Below are positions 30,416 through 40,323 of a DNA stretch of 64,000 nucleotides, one piece after another. This DNA comes from an uncultured Gammaproteobacteria bacterium (GTDB taxonomy: Bacteria; Patescibacteriota; Microgenomatia; UBA12405). Made by a program: the position numbers and the translations under genes. The notes under the pieces were generated by a model. The model saw nothing but the letters and a program-made list of their open reading frames with translations, had not been told where the DNA came from and did not search any database. Where the stretch lies: positions 73,384-137,383 of the forward strand of contig CAYUZS010000003.1 of the NCBI GenBank assembly GCA_964448705.1, given 5' to 3'. Each line of letters begins with the position of its first letter. Within the stretch, counting starts at the first letter, position 1.

Positions 30416-31039
30416 TTATTTTGTCACCCTAACCGATAATTCATTACTTGAGAATGGCAAAACCTTGCTGGTTGCACTCTCTACAAACATAGTAGCAGAT
30501 TCTTTTGACTCATTGCCAGTACTTATTTTGAATGTAAAATCTCCCGATTTTAATGGCTTTACGGAAAAACTCATCAGGTTTAATTCATCATCCTTGTTTA
30601 CAGTTAAACCATCATCTTTAGAGATCAAAAATGTCGCTACTACTAATCCTTTTGTGTCACTGGCTTTACTAAAAACCGGTTCCGGCAAACGATCATCAAA
30701 AGTTAAACCGCTCACGGTAAAAGCCGAAGGATCATATTCCAGATAAACATTGATTGAATCCAAAGATCGATCCTCCTCTGCTTTTGCTTTAACTTCAATT
30801 TTTTCTGCTTTTCCTACAGTCATTTCCTCAGACGTTGCACCCAATTCAATCATATAAATCGGTTCAGTCGAAGTTGGTTTAACTCCTTCTGTTGGCGTAG
30901 AATTATCTACCACCTCACCTTTCCCGATTTTTACCTTGTTTATATTCAAGATCAACATCAGACTTTCTGCTAATACCAGAACTGCTATTACCGGAATAAC
31001 TTTTTTAACCCAATTTTTATTTTTATTGTTCATAATCAA
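30416..31039 (-). CDS. Secreted protein with cohesin-like segment (YLEYDPSAFTVSGLTF)
   Basis: An N-terminal TM/signal segment is present. The cohesin-like domain is supported only by beta-strand pattern similarity. Confidence 0.35.
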   Translation of the reverse strand: MIMNNKNKNWVKKVIPVIAVLVLAESLMLILNINKVKIGKGEVVDNSTPTEGVKPTSTEPIYMIELGATSEEMTVGKAEKIEVKAKAEEDRSLDSINVYLEYDPSAFTVSGLTFDDRLPEPVFSKASDTKGLVVATFLISKDDGLTVNKDDELNLMSFSVKPLKSGDFTFKISTGNESKESATMFVESATSKVLPFSSNELSVRVTK

Positions 31040-31053
31040 GTTTATTTAAACAT

Positions 31054-32277
31054 TTAATATAGCTGACTCTGTCTTTCACTTAACGATAACATCAGCAGAG
31101 ATAAATCCTGGGATTCCAGCTTACAGTTACCGTTCAAATCAGCTAACATATAACCACCTGTCCCAACTTCAGTTCTTTTAATCGATTCAGTCTTTACAAA
31201 AGAAAAGTCCAAACCGTCCACTACTCCATCTTGGCTTTCAGCAGTAGTGCCTGTCACATCGCCGGATAACAACGGATAACCGGTAAAATCAAAATTCTGG
31301 GTCGTCGCGGCGGAATTTGTCAGTCCGGATAATTCCCCTCCGGCTTTTTCGTAATAATCTGACTGATTATTAACTCCGTACTTCACTTGTAAATGTTTTG
31401 GACTCTTCACAAACACAGCCAAATTGTCGGTTGAATTGAAATTTCCCATATCTAATAAGATTTGGTAAACACCCAAACCATTTTTGTTTTCTTCTAGTTT
31501 ATTTGCAATCACATTTTCAAATACTTTGCTGGTGCCATTAGCTGCTCTTACTGTCACAGTTAAAGGCATATCCTGGGCGTCAGTACAATTATAATCAGCC
31601 CTCATTCCCAAAAAAGACATTTTGAATTTTAGTTGTAGACCTGTTTGCGTCGGTACCTGTGTTGGGGTCGGAGATAACGTCATTACTTGTGTTGGAGTCG
31701 GTGATGGTTGTTGTTCATTAACCAGATCCACAATTTCATAGCTTGTTCCCTCAACGCCTGTTACAGTGATATTTTTGTCGGTGTCACTCGCAGAGTTATC
31801 CCCTGTCATCATCGATTTTGTTTTATCAAGTTTTATTAGTCCCGAACCAAGACTGTTGCCTTTAAAAGTCATCGTCAAAGCTTTGCCTGTTGATAATAGT
31901 TGGTCTGCTGATCTCGATGAAGTTACCACTATCGTGGTACAAGTTTGGTCGGCGACATCGTTGGTTGCCATTATCGGACTGTCTCCAAACCCTGATTCAG
32001 TGTTGGGAACAACGCTTTCCAGGCTAATATTTTTTCCGTAACAAACTGTCGTCTGTACTCCGTCAACTTTAGAATCACTGGAAGTGTAATACCATAATTG
32101 TGTTTGGAAAGTACCTCCAACCACATCCCTGATCTTTGCCCCTGGTAAGACTTTCAAAGTTGAAGTGTCAAATGCCGCCCCTTTTCTCATCTCCTGATTT
32201 TGGTTTACCAAAACAAGACCTCCGACTAAAGCGCCTAAAATCAATAGTATTGGCAATATTATTTTCGTTTTTGTCAT
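31054..32277 (-). CDS. Secreted protein with C-terminal dockerin-like repeat
   Basis: A signal peptide and a PTPTQ linker are present. The C-terminal DLNGNCKLESQDLSLL matches a single dockerin Ca-binding repeat. Confidence 0.4.
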   Translation of the reverse strand: MTKTKIILPILLILGALVGGLVLVNQNQEMRKGAAFDTSTLKVLPGAKIRDVVGGTFQTQLWYYTSSDSKVDGVQTTVCYGKNISLESVVPNTESGFGDSPIMATNDVADQTCTTIVVTSSRSADQLLSTGKALTMTFKGNSLGSGLIKLDKTKSMMTGDNSASDTDKNITVTGVEGTSYEIVDLVNEQQPSPTPTQVMTLSPTPTQVPTQTGLQLKFKMSFLGMRADYNCTDAQDMPLTVTVRAANGTSKVFENVIANKLEENKNGLGVYQILLDMGNFNSTDNLAVFVKSPKHLQVKYGVNNQSDYYEKAGGELSGLTNSAATTQNFDFTGYPLLSGDVTGTTAESQDGVVDGLDFSFVKTESIKRTEVGTGGYMLADLNGNCKLESQDLSLLMLSLSERQSQLY

Positions 32278-32283
32278 TTATTT

Positions 32284-34269
32284 TTATAAACCATTTATAA
32301 AGTTTGTTCTCCAAATAGAGATATCATTTATTGTAATCAAACCATCACAGTCAAAATCTGCCCGCCAATCATTTCTATTAACTTCTCCCAGCTGTCCAGT
32401 AATGAATTCTGATCTCCAAATTGATGCATCATTAATGGTGATTGAACCACTGCAGTCAGCATTTCCTTTCCCTTTTGCCGTCGGATCATTGGCGCATTGA
32501 GTACATTTAAGTGGTAAAGCCGGACAGGCAGTCATATCTGTTGTCCAGGTACCGTTGGCTGATGGACAACAATATTGTCTGCCGCCGCAGGATGCTATTA
32601 GTTTTGCAGCACTACAAATTGTTTCATTAGCTGTACCGTCACTATCCGGAGGAGTGCAGCTTCGCAGGACACTTTGATTAAATCCGTTTGCATTAGTAAT
32701 TCCCGGACACTCTTCACGGCAGCTGTTTCCTGATCCTGTTGTTGGTGTTGCTGTTGGTGTTCTTCCGCCACCGGTTGTTGGTGTTGCGGTAGGTAATCTT
32801 ATTGAACCGCTAGTTGGAGTTAATGTTCTGGTTGGGGTTAATGTTCTGGTTGGACTTAATATTCTGGTTGGAGTTGGAGTATTACATGGATGGTCCAACA
32901 GATTTCCACAGCCTGTACCGGAATAATATCCACCAATGCATCTACAAGTTGCTGTCGGCACTGCAGTTACCGTAATTTGTCGACAACATATTCCTCCGGC
33001 AATTATTCCTGTTCTTTCATAGCCGGATCCGCAGTCAGAAATTCCGTATCGGGCCGTTGATCCGCTGGGACATGAACCTGCTAAAGTTGGAGTTGCTGTC
33101 GGTCTGCGTGTCGGAGTTGCTGTTGGTCTGGTTGTCAGAGTCGGAGTTCGTGGTATACAGCATCTTGAAGACGGAGAAGAACAATTGCTTTGTCCGACAT
33201 CAGTTTCTCCGCTGTTGCATGGTGTCCGACACACTCCAGTTGTGCCATTATACTGACAGTTATTCACCGGGGTTTGTTCACAACAAATTCCACCGGCAAT
33301 ATTTCCTGTCTTATCGTAACCCGAACCGCAATCGGAAATTCCGTATCGGGCTGTTGAACCGCTGGGACAAGCTGCTAAATTACAATCACCAGTGGAAGCG
33401 TTACACGAAGTGCTGCAGGTTTTCACAAATGTCCAAAATTTATTTGTCGACATATTGGCCTGGTTACAGTGATACAGATCATTTCCGGTGCATTTATAGG
33501 CATTTAGAGTACTACAAGCTGAAGAAGTTGGGGTCGGAGTTAAAGCTCTACAACAAATTCCCCCGGCAATTGTTCCTTCGTTTTTATATCCGGATCCGCA
33601 GTCTAGAATTCCGTATCGGGCTGTTGAACCGCTGGGACAAGCCGCTAAATTACAATCAGCTATTGAGGAATTACATGAAGTGCTGCAGGTTTTCACAAAT
33701 GTCCAGAATTTATTTGTCGACATGCTGGCTTGATTGCAGTGATAGAGGTCGTTTCCGGTACATTTATAGGTATTAACTGTACTACAAGCTGAAGAAGTTG
33801 GACCTGCCGTCGGTGCTCTGGTCGGAGTTAATGTTGCTGTTGCACAGCTGGAATCACTGACACAATTTGAAGCCGGACAAGCCGAACTGGAATTTATTGT
33901 TACTGTTGAGGAGTTACATTTCCCACTGCCGCAAGTTCTAACTGTACACTGTCTAGTTGCTGGAGTCGCTGTCGGGTTAACTACTGGCCTTTTACAAATA
34001 CAGGTGGCATAAGAACCGGAACCCGTACAGTCTTGCGGAGTAAATCCGGGACAACATGACAAACCGTTAGCATAAGTTCCACCCTCTGGGACACAGTAAG
34101 ACGCCAAATTTCTGGTATCCTGGTTATTTTGCACCAATTTTGTCGCTGCCGGAACCGCAATTGCCATCAGCAATAAGCCAATTAACAGAGGAATTTCTGC
34201 CAAACCTTTATTTTTCTTAAAAAAAACTGAAAACATTTTTTCTTGTAAAGAATGAGTCATTTTCGACAA
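32284..34269 (-). CDS. Large secreted Cys-rich repeat protein with Thr/Pro linkers and C-terminal dockerin-like module
   Basis: An N-terminal TM/signal segment is present. Two ~90-aa tandem Cys-rich repeats (KFWTFVKTCSTSCN...CPSGSTARYGI.DCGSGY...IAGGICC) are followed by a third partial copy. TPTRTLTPT linkers are present. The C-terminal NADCSGSITIND and DFDCDGLITIND are dockerin-like. Confidence 0.5.
   Translation of the reverse strand: MSKMTHSLQEKMFSVFFKKNKGLAEIPLLIGLLLMAIAVPAATKLVQNNQDTRNLASYCVPEGGTYANGLSCCPGFTPQDCTGSGSYATCICKRPVVNPTATPATRQCTVRTCGSGKCNSSTVTINSSSACPASNCVSDSSCATATLTPTRAPTAGPTSSACSTVNTYKCTGNDLYHCNQASMSTNKFWTFVKTCSTSCNSSIADCNLAACPSGSTARYGILDCGSGYKNEGTIAGGICCRALTPTPTSSACSTLNAYKCTGNDLYHCNQANMSTNKFWTFVKTCSTSCNASTGDCNLAACPSGSTARYGISDCGSGYDKTGNIAGGICCEQTPVNNCQYNGTTGVCRTPCNSGETDVGQSNCSSPSSRCCIPRTPTLTTRPTATPTRRPTATPTLAGSCPSGSTARYGISDCGSGYERTGIIAGGICCRQITVTAVPTATCRCIGGYYSGTGCGNLLDHPCNTPTPTRILSPTRTLTPTRTLTPTSGSIRLPTATPTTGGGRTPTATPTTGSGNSCREECPGITNANGFNQSVLRSCTPPDSDGTANETICSAAKLIASCGGRQYCCPSANGTWTTDMTACPALPLKCTQCANDPTAKGKGNADCSGSITINDASIWRSEFITGQLGEVNRNDWRADFDCDGLITINDISIWRTNFINGL
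33274..33795. repeat. Tandem ~270-nt intragenic repeat (2 copies) encoding the Cys-rich module
   Basis: The nucleotide segments 33274-33525 and 33526-33795 are near-identical, seen directly in the sequence. The spurious + strand ORF 33057-33776 is the antisense of this repeat. Confidence 0.6.
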
Positions 34270-34352
34270 TCGTTTTATAAAAACCGTATATTACTAATAA
34301 AAAAGTAAACCATTTTTGATTTTTATCGTCAATGTATCAAATGTGAACATCT

Positions 34353-35000
34353 TTACCGTACATTAAAAAATACCTCTCTTACCAGCAATTTTGTTACCAT
34401 TACCCCCGATTTTATTACTAACGAAATGTCATATTTAACACTTTTGTTTCGCACATAATTCATATCGCTTTTCATCCATTCCTCAAATTTCATCCGGTGA
34501 TAGCCTTCCACTACCCAGGGAGAAACTATCCCCGGCATAACCTTTTCCCTTTCTTTCCGATACTTATCCTCAATTTTCTTCTCTTCCCCTACCGGCAATG
34601 GTCTCGGTCCGATAAAAGACATTTCTCCGCCTAAAATATTAAACAACTGCGGCAGTTCATCCAAACCGGTGTGAAATAGAAATCTTCCGATTTTGGTAAG
34701 TCTGGGATCATTGTGAATTTTAAAAACCGGACCGTCAGCTTCGTTCAGATAAGCATAATCCACTTGTTGTTTATCCGCCCCTTTTCTCATTGTCCTGAAT
34801 TTATACATTTTAAAAATTCTTCCTTTCCAACCGACTCTTTTCTGAATATATAAAATCGGCCGCCCTTCACCTATTAATAGTATTAATGACAAAATAACAA
34901 TTACCGGCAATAATATGATTATCAAAACCAGTGCCAAAAACCTTTCTATTTTCATTTTTCTTTCCTTCCTTCTTATCTTACCAATCTTTGGCAAATCCAT
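34353..35000 (-). CDS. Undecaprenyl-phosphate sugar phosphotransferase (bacterial sugar transferase, WbaP/EpsL C-terminal type)
   Basis: RVGWKGRIFKMYKFRTM and DELPQLFNILGGEMSFIGPRP are present. The likely true start is the Met at 34955. Confidence 0.8.
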   Translation of the reverse strand: MDLPKIGKIRRKERKMKIERFLALVLIIILLPVIVILSLILLIGEGRPILYIQKRVGWKGRIFKMYKFRTMRKGADKQQVDYAYLNEADGPVFKIHNDPRLTKIGRFLFHTGLDELPQLFNILGGEMSFIGPRPLPVGEEKKIEDKYRKEREKVMPGIVSPWVVEGYHRMKFEEWMKSDMNYVRNKSVKYDISLVIKSGVMVTKLLVREVFFNVR

Positions 35001-36186
35001 TGATTACCAAGAGTCGATCATTTTTTACGGCCTGCCTTTTTTCTTCTTTCTGAATATTATTCCTCAACTTAAAACTTTTCGTCTTTCTCGTTTGTCTGTT
35101 TTTGTTCAAATTACTCTGATTATCCTGTATATTATTTCTGCCATTTTATCTTTCAATCCCGGATATTCCTATTATTCATTTTTTATTTTTCTTACTGTCC
35201 TGTCCATTCTCAACCTCTCTTTCGTTTATATTCAGGATTTTGATATTTTCTACCGATTCATTATCATTTTTTCCTGTTTCTACTCCCTTATTTTTATCCT
35301 TTCCAGGAATGGAATTATTTCCCTACTTCCCAAAATTAGTAATGATAATTTTATTCTCCAAAACTGGGGTCATAGTTACCTGGCTGATTTTCTAATTTTC
35401 CCCATCATTATTCTTATTTCTAAAATTAGTAAAAATAATTTCAAATACTTTCTACCTTTAGTTGTTTTTCTGTCAACTTCTTTAATCCTCACCAATTCCC
35501 GTTCTGTTCTGGTAGCCGTTATTTTGGGAATACTTTTTCTATCCCCCAAAAACAAACTTTATTCGCATTTAAAAGAAGTTACCTTAATTTGTTTAGTCTT
35601 CGGTCTTGTTTATATCTTTCAACACAAAGATCCTACCAGTTATCGTTTCACTTATTGGCAGCAGGCCATCGTCAATTTTCAAGAATCGCCTTTGTGGGGC
35701 AAAGGCCCGGAAACTTTCAATGCTTTTAATACCAGATATGCCCACAATTCCGTTTTGGAATATCTTTCCGGCAATGGTCTTATTTTCACCTTTATTTTTT
35801 GCCTATCCGTTCTCTCGGGTCTTGTCCGCCAATATCGAAAAAATAATCTTCTTTTTTGCCTCGGTCTGGCTGCATTTATTAATTCTCTTCTTGGTTCCTC
35901 TTGGTCCTCTCCGGGAATTCTTGTCATCAGCCTGATATTTTTATTTCATGGCGGTCATCCATCAAATCGATTCAAGCAAAGCCCTGTTTTTTTAACCGTT
36001 TTATCAGTTTTGATTTTCCTTTTCTTTCTCTCTAAAACTTCTTCTGACTATTTTTTTCTCCAAAAGAATTATTCTCTTAGTTTGAAACTCGATCCGTTTA
36101 ATCTCAATTCTCTTTTAATGACTCCCGACTCTCCCAACCTTCAAAGGTTTTATCCCCACCGACAGAAATTTTATTTCGTTCCCTAG
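34915..36186 (+). CDS. O-antigen ligase/polymerase (Wzy)-like polytopic membrane protein
   Basis: It has more than 10 TM helices. The periplasmic loop WGKGPETFNAFNTRYAHNSVLEYL matches the Wzy_C/O-antigen ligase motif. The 5' end overlaps the divergent neighbour, so the start is uncertain. Confidence 0.5.
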   Translation: MIIKTSAKNLSIFIFLSFLLILPIFGKSIDYQESIIFYGLPFFFFLNIIPQLKTFRLSRLSVFVQITLIILYIISAILSFNPGYSYYSFFIFLTVLSILNLSFVYIQDFDIFYRFIIIFSCFYSLIFILSRNGIISLLPKISNDNFILQNWGHSYLADFLIFPIIILISKISKNNFKYFLPLVVFLSTSLILTNSRSVLVAVILGILFLSPKNKLYSHLKEVTLICLVFGLVYIFQHKDPTSYRFTYWQQAIVNFQESPLWGKGPETFNAFNTRYAHNSVLEYLSGNGLIFTFIFCLSVLSGLVRQYRKNNLLFCLGLAAFINSLLGSSWSSPGILVISLIFLFHGGHPSNRFKQSPVFLTVLSVLIFLFFLSKTSSDYFFLQKNYSLSLKLDPFNLNSLLMTPDSPNLQRFYPHRQKFYFVP

Positions 36187-36194
36187 TAAAACAA

Positions 36195-37481
36195 ATGAAG
36201 CTTAAAATCACTTCCCGTAAATCCCAACTCTACCTCTTTGTAATTATCGAAATAATTTTTCTTGTTCTCTGTATTTTTGTTAAAAAACCACTAATTACCA
36301 CCACTCCTTTCGAATATGATGAACCGGATTATGTGGCAAATTCAATCCTTCTGAGCCACTTTCGACAATATCACCCCGACGACATCTATTGGTCCCAAAT
36401 AATTGCTTACGATCAGCCCCATCTGTATCACTATCTCTGTGGTTTGTTTTTGGAAAATACATATCATCAGCCGATTGATCAGATTCTTAAAAATAATGAT
36501 TTATTCAATAGCCCAGGAAATCCGTTTCTGGGCATTGGCAAAAAAGTCGACGGAAAATCTTTGGACGATCCGTTCATCCAAACCCATGAAAAAGCCTTTC
36601 GGGTTATCCTCTCTGCGCGCACTTTATCTTTCATCTTCTATTTCCTAACCGGTACAATTTTAATTTCTATTTTTTATTGCCTGAAAATTATTGGATTCAG
36701 CCCCTTGCTGTTGGTTATTCTTTTATCACCATATGTATTTTCCACCTCTATTTATGCCATTTCAGACGGACTGCTTCTCTTAACAATTTCCCTATCTACT
36801 CTTCTCTCGATTCTTTATCTCCGGTATCCTAAAAAACACTTCCTATTTATAGTTTTACTTGGAATTAGCTGCGGCCTGGCTCTTTCTACCAAGCTCAACG
36901 GCGGCCTGACTATCTTCACCGGACTTTTGGCAATTATAGTCTCAATCAAATCTTCCAAAAACATTAAAATTCATATTCTGGATACATTTATTTTATTAAC
37001 TACATCACTTTCTGTTTTTATTTTTCTGAATCCTTTCCTCTATATCAACACTTTTCAAAATATTATTCATATTTTTCAATACAGAATGTATGTTGGGGAT
37101 ATAAATAGTGTAATGCTTCCCGAAGAAGCCTTACCCGGCAGTTACCTCAACAAATTTATATTTTTTTCAAAAAGGATCTATTCCATAGTTGGTCTTTCCC
37201 CCACCACATCATTTCTTCTTATCATTTTTTCCATTTTTGCATCCCTCTACATTATCTGTTTCTACGCTTTCAATAGAATAAACAGCCTTCACCGCCCCAA
37301 ACTAAATTTACTTCTCAGTTCCCTCCTTACTTTTACTATTGTTTTTCTTTATATCCCCATGGATTGGCAGCGATATTATCTTCCGGCTCTAATTTCTAAT
37401 GTTTTCCTATTAGCCCTTGATCTTTATTTTTTAATAAAAATTTTTGGAAAAAGATTTTTACTAAAAACCATCCGATCCTAA
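36195..37481 (+). CDS. Polytopic membrane protein, possible GT-C-type glycosyltransferase
   Basis: It has many TM helices. Family assignment rests on context only. Confidence 0.3.
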   Translation: MKLKITSRKSQLYLFVIIEIIFLVLCIFVKKPLITTTPFEYDEPDYVANSILLSHFRQYHPDDIYWSQIIAYDQPHLYHYLCGLFLENTYHQPIDQILKNNDLFNSPGNPFLGIGKKVDGKSLDDPFIQTHEKAFRVILSARTLSFIFYFLTGTILISIFYCLKIIGFSPLLLVILLSPYVFSTSIYAISDGLLLLTISLSTLLSILYLRYPKKHFLFIVLLGISCGLALSTKLNGGLTIFTGLLAIIVSIKSSKNIKIHILDTFILLTTSLSVFIFLNPFLYINTFQNIIHIFQYRMYVGDINSVMLPEEALPGSYLNKFIFFSKRIYSIVGLSPTTSFLLIIFSIFASLYIICFYAFNRINSLHRPKLNLLLSSLLTFTIVFLYIPMDWQRYYLPALISNVFLLALDLYFLIKIFGKRFLLKTIRS

Positions 37482-38115
37482 GATACCTTTTTCCCAATCT
37501 TTCTGGCTCCTCTAGCAATCTAAACAGCCATTCACCTCCGTTATTTCTAATCCACTTGGGTGCCTGTCTCTTGTTTCCGCTCAAAAAATCAAACGCCGCC
37601 CCCACTGTCACATAAGTATTGTTAGGAATTTCCCTAAACAGTCTATCCGCCATTTCAATTTGTTTTTTAGCGCCTAAACCAATCCAGACAATCTTTTTGT
37701 TTCTGTCTTTTAACTCCCGAACTATTTTTCGATAATCTTTCTCCTCAAATTTTTCTTTATATGGCATCACCACATATTCCCCAAACTTGGAAAAATAATC
37801 CTTGTTTTTTATATCTCCGATAAATACATTATTTTTCCACCCGCTTTCCAAAACAGCTTTCATCAAATCAGGGCCGTAAACTCTTTCTGCTTTTTTATTT
37901 GTTTTTCTTAAAGCCCAAACCAAAGGCACTCCGTCTGCAGTTAATAAGTTTCCTTTTTCCAATATATTCTTAATATTTTTATCTTTCTCCGCCATCATCA
38001 TCTCATTTAAAGTACAGCAATACACTACCCCCTTGTTCTCAAGCATCCATTCTCTGGTTTCCATTAAACTCAAACTACTTATATCCAACCCTAAAATGTT
38101 AACTTTATTCTTCAC
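37396..38115 (-). CDS. WecB/TagA/CpsF-family glycosyltransferase
   Basis: The family pattern is present: ILGLDISSLSLMETREWM...LLTADGVPLVWA...IGLGAKKQIEMA...GAAFDFLSGNKRQAPKWIRNNGGEWLFRL. Confidence 0.75.
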   Translation of the reverse strand: MKNKVNILGLDISSLSLMETREWMLENKGVVYCCTLNEMMMAEKDKNIKNILEKGNLLTADGVPLVWALRKTNKKAERVYGPDLMKAVLESGWKNNVFIGDIKNKDYFSKFGEYVVMPYKEKFEEKDYRKIVRELKDRNKKIVWIGLGAKKQIEMADRLFREIPNNTYVTVGAAFDFLSGNKRQAPKWIRNNGGEWLFRLLEEPERLGKRYLRIGWFLVKIFFQKFLLKNKDQGLIGKH

Positions 38116-39215
38116 TCTGGAATCAAATTCTTAATTTGTTTTGTAAAAATTGCCTCCGAAAATTTATTCGCCGACTTTCTACACTCGCCTTCACTAATCT
38201 TCAGTCTGTCTAATCTTTTCATGGCCTCAAACAAACCATCTTCCGTATAATTAGAAAACAAAACACCATTCTTTCCATCATCAACAGTTTCTTTAACTCC
38301 ACCGGAGTTATAAGCCACCACTGGAATTCCTGTTTTTAATGCCTCTACCGGCACTATTCCAAAATCCTCATCCTTTGAAGCAAATAACAAAGCTTTGGCC
38401 TGACTCATAATCTCTAGTTTTCTTTTTTCCTCGCAATTTCCAACAAATTTTATCGTTTCTCCGGCTGCCTTTTGAAGTTTTTGACTCTCATCGCCATCCC
38501 CCACCACCACCAATGAAATTTTATTTTTACTGCAGGTTTTCACTGCCAAATCAATTCCCTTTTGTTTTACTAATCGGGAAAGACAAACATAATAATCTTT
38601 TCTCTCGCCGGCTTCCCCAATACTCTTAACTTCCACCGGTGGGTATACTATTTCAGCTTTTCGTCGGTAATATCTTTTAATTCTCTGTTGTACATTTCTG
38701 GAATTTGCAACTACTATATCAGCTCTTTTTGATCCATTTTTATCTATTGCCCTTAATATCTCTTTTATCGGCCAAAATAAATATTTCCAGACTCCTGATC
38801 TTATCCAGTTTATTTCATTGAATTCTTCGTATAAATATCGTGGTGGTGTATGGATATAAGATAAGTGAAAGGCCCCTTTTCTTTTTTTTACATTTTTCGA
38901 CATAAATGAGTGTGATGAAGAAATCACTAGATCATAATCCTGTAAATTTAGAAACTCCCAATAAATCCAAGAAAAAATTTTAATTACTGAAATATATTTA
39001 CTAACTTTATTTTTATGAATCAATCCTTGAAAAACGGAAGTATAAATTCTAATTGCCGGATATTTTTTCTCGATTTTTTGTCTGGCTGCCGGAACTATAA
39101 ACAATGTATAAACATCTGCTTTTGGATAAATTTTCAAAAAACTGTCAATCACTTTTTCAGCCCCGCCAAATTCCATAATTATATCCGATATTATCGCCAC
39201 CTTCTTTTTCTTCAT
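38112..39215 (-). CDS. Glycosyltransferase family 4
   Basis: The C-terminal GT-B motif FASKDEDFGIVPVEALKTGIPVVAYNSGGVKE (E-x7-E) is present. Confidence 0.8.
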   Translation of the reverse strand: MKKKKVAIISDIIMEFGGAEKVIDSFLKIYPKADVYTLFIVPAARQKIEKKYPAIRIYTSVFQGLIHKNKVSKYISVIKIFSWIYWEFLNLQDYDLVISSSHSFMSKNVKKRKGAFHLSYIHTPPRYLYEEFNEINWIRSGVWKYLFWPIKEILRAIDKNGSKRADIVVANSRNVQQRIKRYYRRKAEIVYPPVEVKSIGEAGERKDYYVCLSRLVKQKGIDLAVKTCSKNKISLVVVGDGDESQKLQKAAGETIKFVGNCEEKRKLEIMSQAKALLFASKDEDFGIVPVEALKTGIPVVAYNSGGVKETVDDGKNGVLFSNYTEDGLFEAMKRLDRLKISEGECRKSANKFSEAIFTKQIKNLIPE

Positions 39216-39240
39216 CTTACTAATTATAATCTACTCAGAC

Positions 39241-40323
39241 ATGGAAACCTCTCCAAAAAAAATTTTCGTTGTATTTAATAGTCTAAACATTGGCGGTATC
39301 GAAACTAAAATTGTCGACCTATGTCGCTACTACTCTAAACAAAAAGATATTCAACTCACTCTCCTCCTTAAACAAAAAACCGGTCCTTTAATCTCTAAAA
39401 TACCCCCAAACATTACCATCATTTCCCCGTTAAACTCGTCACCGGTCTATTTTCCTTTATGGTTGTCAATTCAGTTTTTTTATTCTCATCCCCAATTGGT
39501 CGTTTCTTTTGGCAACTATTCTTCAATTTGTACCATTTTCAGCAAACTATTTTTCAACCCCGGCATTAAAGTAATTATCAGTGAAGACTCCAGTATTATT
39601 GAACAAATTGATTCCGACACTTTTCCCGGATTAAGAAGGTTACTGGTCAAAATAACCTATCCTCTGGCCAACCTGATTATTACCCTCACCAAAGCAGGGA
39701 AAAATAAATTAGTAAAACTTGTCCCCAATACAAAAAACAAAACCATTATTCTCAACAACTGGTTACCTCTTAGTTTCAAATCTACGGGCATTTCCAAAAA
39801 AGATATTGATATTTTATATATAGGCCGTTTTGAACCCCAAAAAAACCCTTTAGCCTTCTTAATTATTTCCAAAAATCTGATAAAAACCATTCCCGGGATT
39901 AAAATTGTTATGATTGGACAGGGATCCCTCCGGACAATTATTCAGGAATTTATAATCAAAAATAAATTGGTCAAAAATATTTCCTTACTCCCGGCAACCA
40001 CCCATCCGGAAAAATTCTATCAACGTTCTAAAATCCTCCTCCTCACCTCCCGGCATGAAGGTTTCCCGTTAACCATTCTCGAAGCCATTTCCGGTTACTG
40101 TCTCCCGGTTTGCCGTCAACTCCGGGAATTAGACAATTTTTTTAATTATAAAAAAAAGAGTTTACTATTTAATTCATCTCAATCAGCAATTGATCTGATC
40201 AACCGACTCTTCTCCAGCCCGGAGCTCCGCAAAGACTTGATTCATCATTATTGGAAAAAAGTTATCAAACAGCAAAACCTTAACTTCAATAAAACTTTAA
40301 CAGTTTTTTCTAAGTACCTATGA
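39241..40323 (+). CDS. Glycosyltransferase family 4
   Basis: RHEGFPLTILEAISGYCLPV is a GT4 motif. Confidence 0.75.
   Translation: METSPKKIFVVFNSLNIGGIETKIVDLCRYYSKQKDIQLTLLLKQKTGPLISKIPPNITIISPLNSSPVYFPLWLSIQFFYSHPQLVVSFGNYSSICTIFSKLFFNPGIKVIISEDSSIIEQIDSDTFPGLRRLLVKITYPLANLIITLTKAGKNKLVKLVPNTKNKTIILNNWLPLSFKSTGISKKDIDILYIGRFEPQKNPLAFLIISKNLIKTIPGIKIVMIGQGSLRTIIQEFIIKNKLVKNISLLPATTHPEKFYQRSKILLLTSRHEGFPLTILEAISGYCLPVCRQLRELDNFFNYKKKSLLFNSSQSAIDLINRLFSSPELRKDLIHHYWKKVIKQQNLNFNKTLTVFSKYL

Noticed and set aside
33057-33776. 239-aa plus-strand ORF
   Set aside because: It is antisense to the tandem repeat inside the 661-aa minus-strand gene and is an internally repetitive artefact of that repeat.
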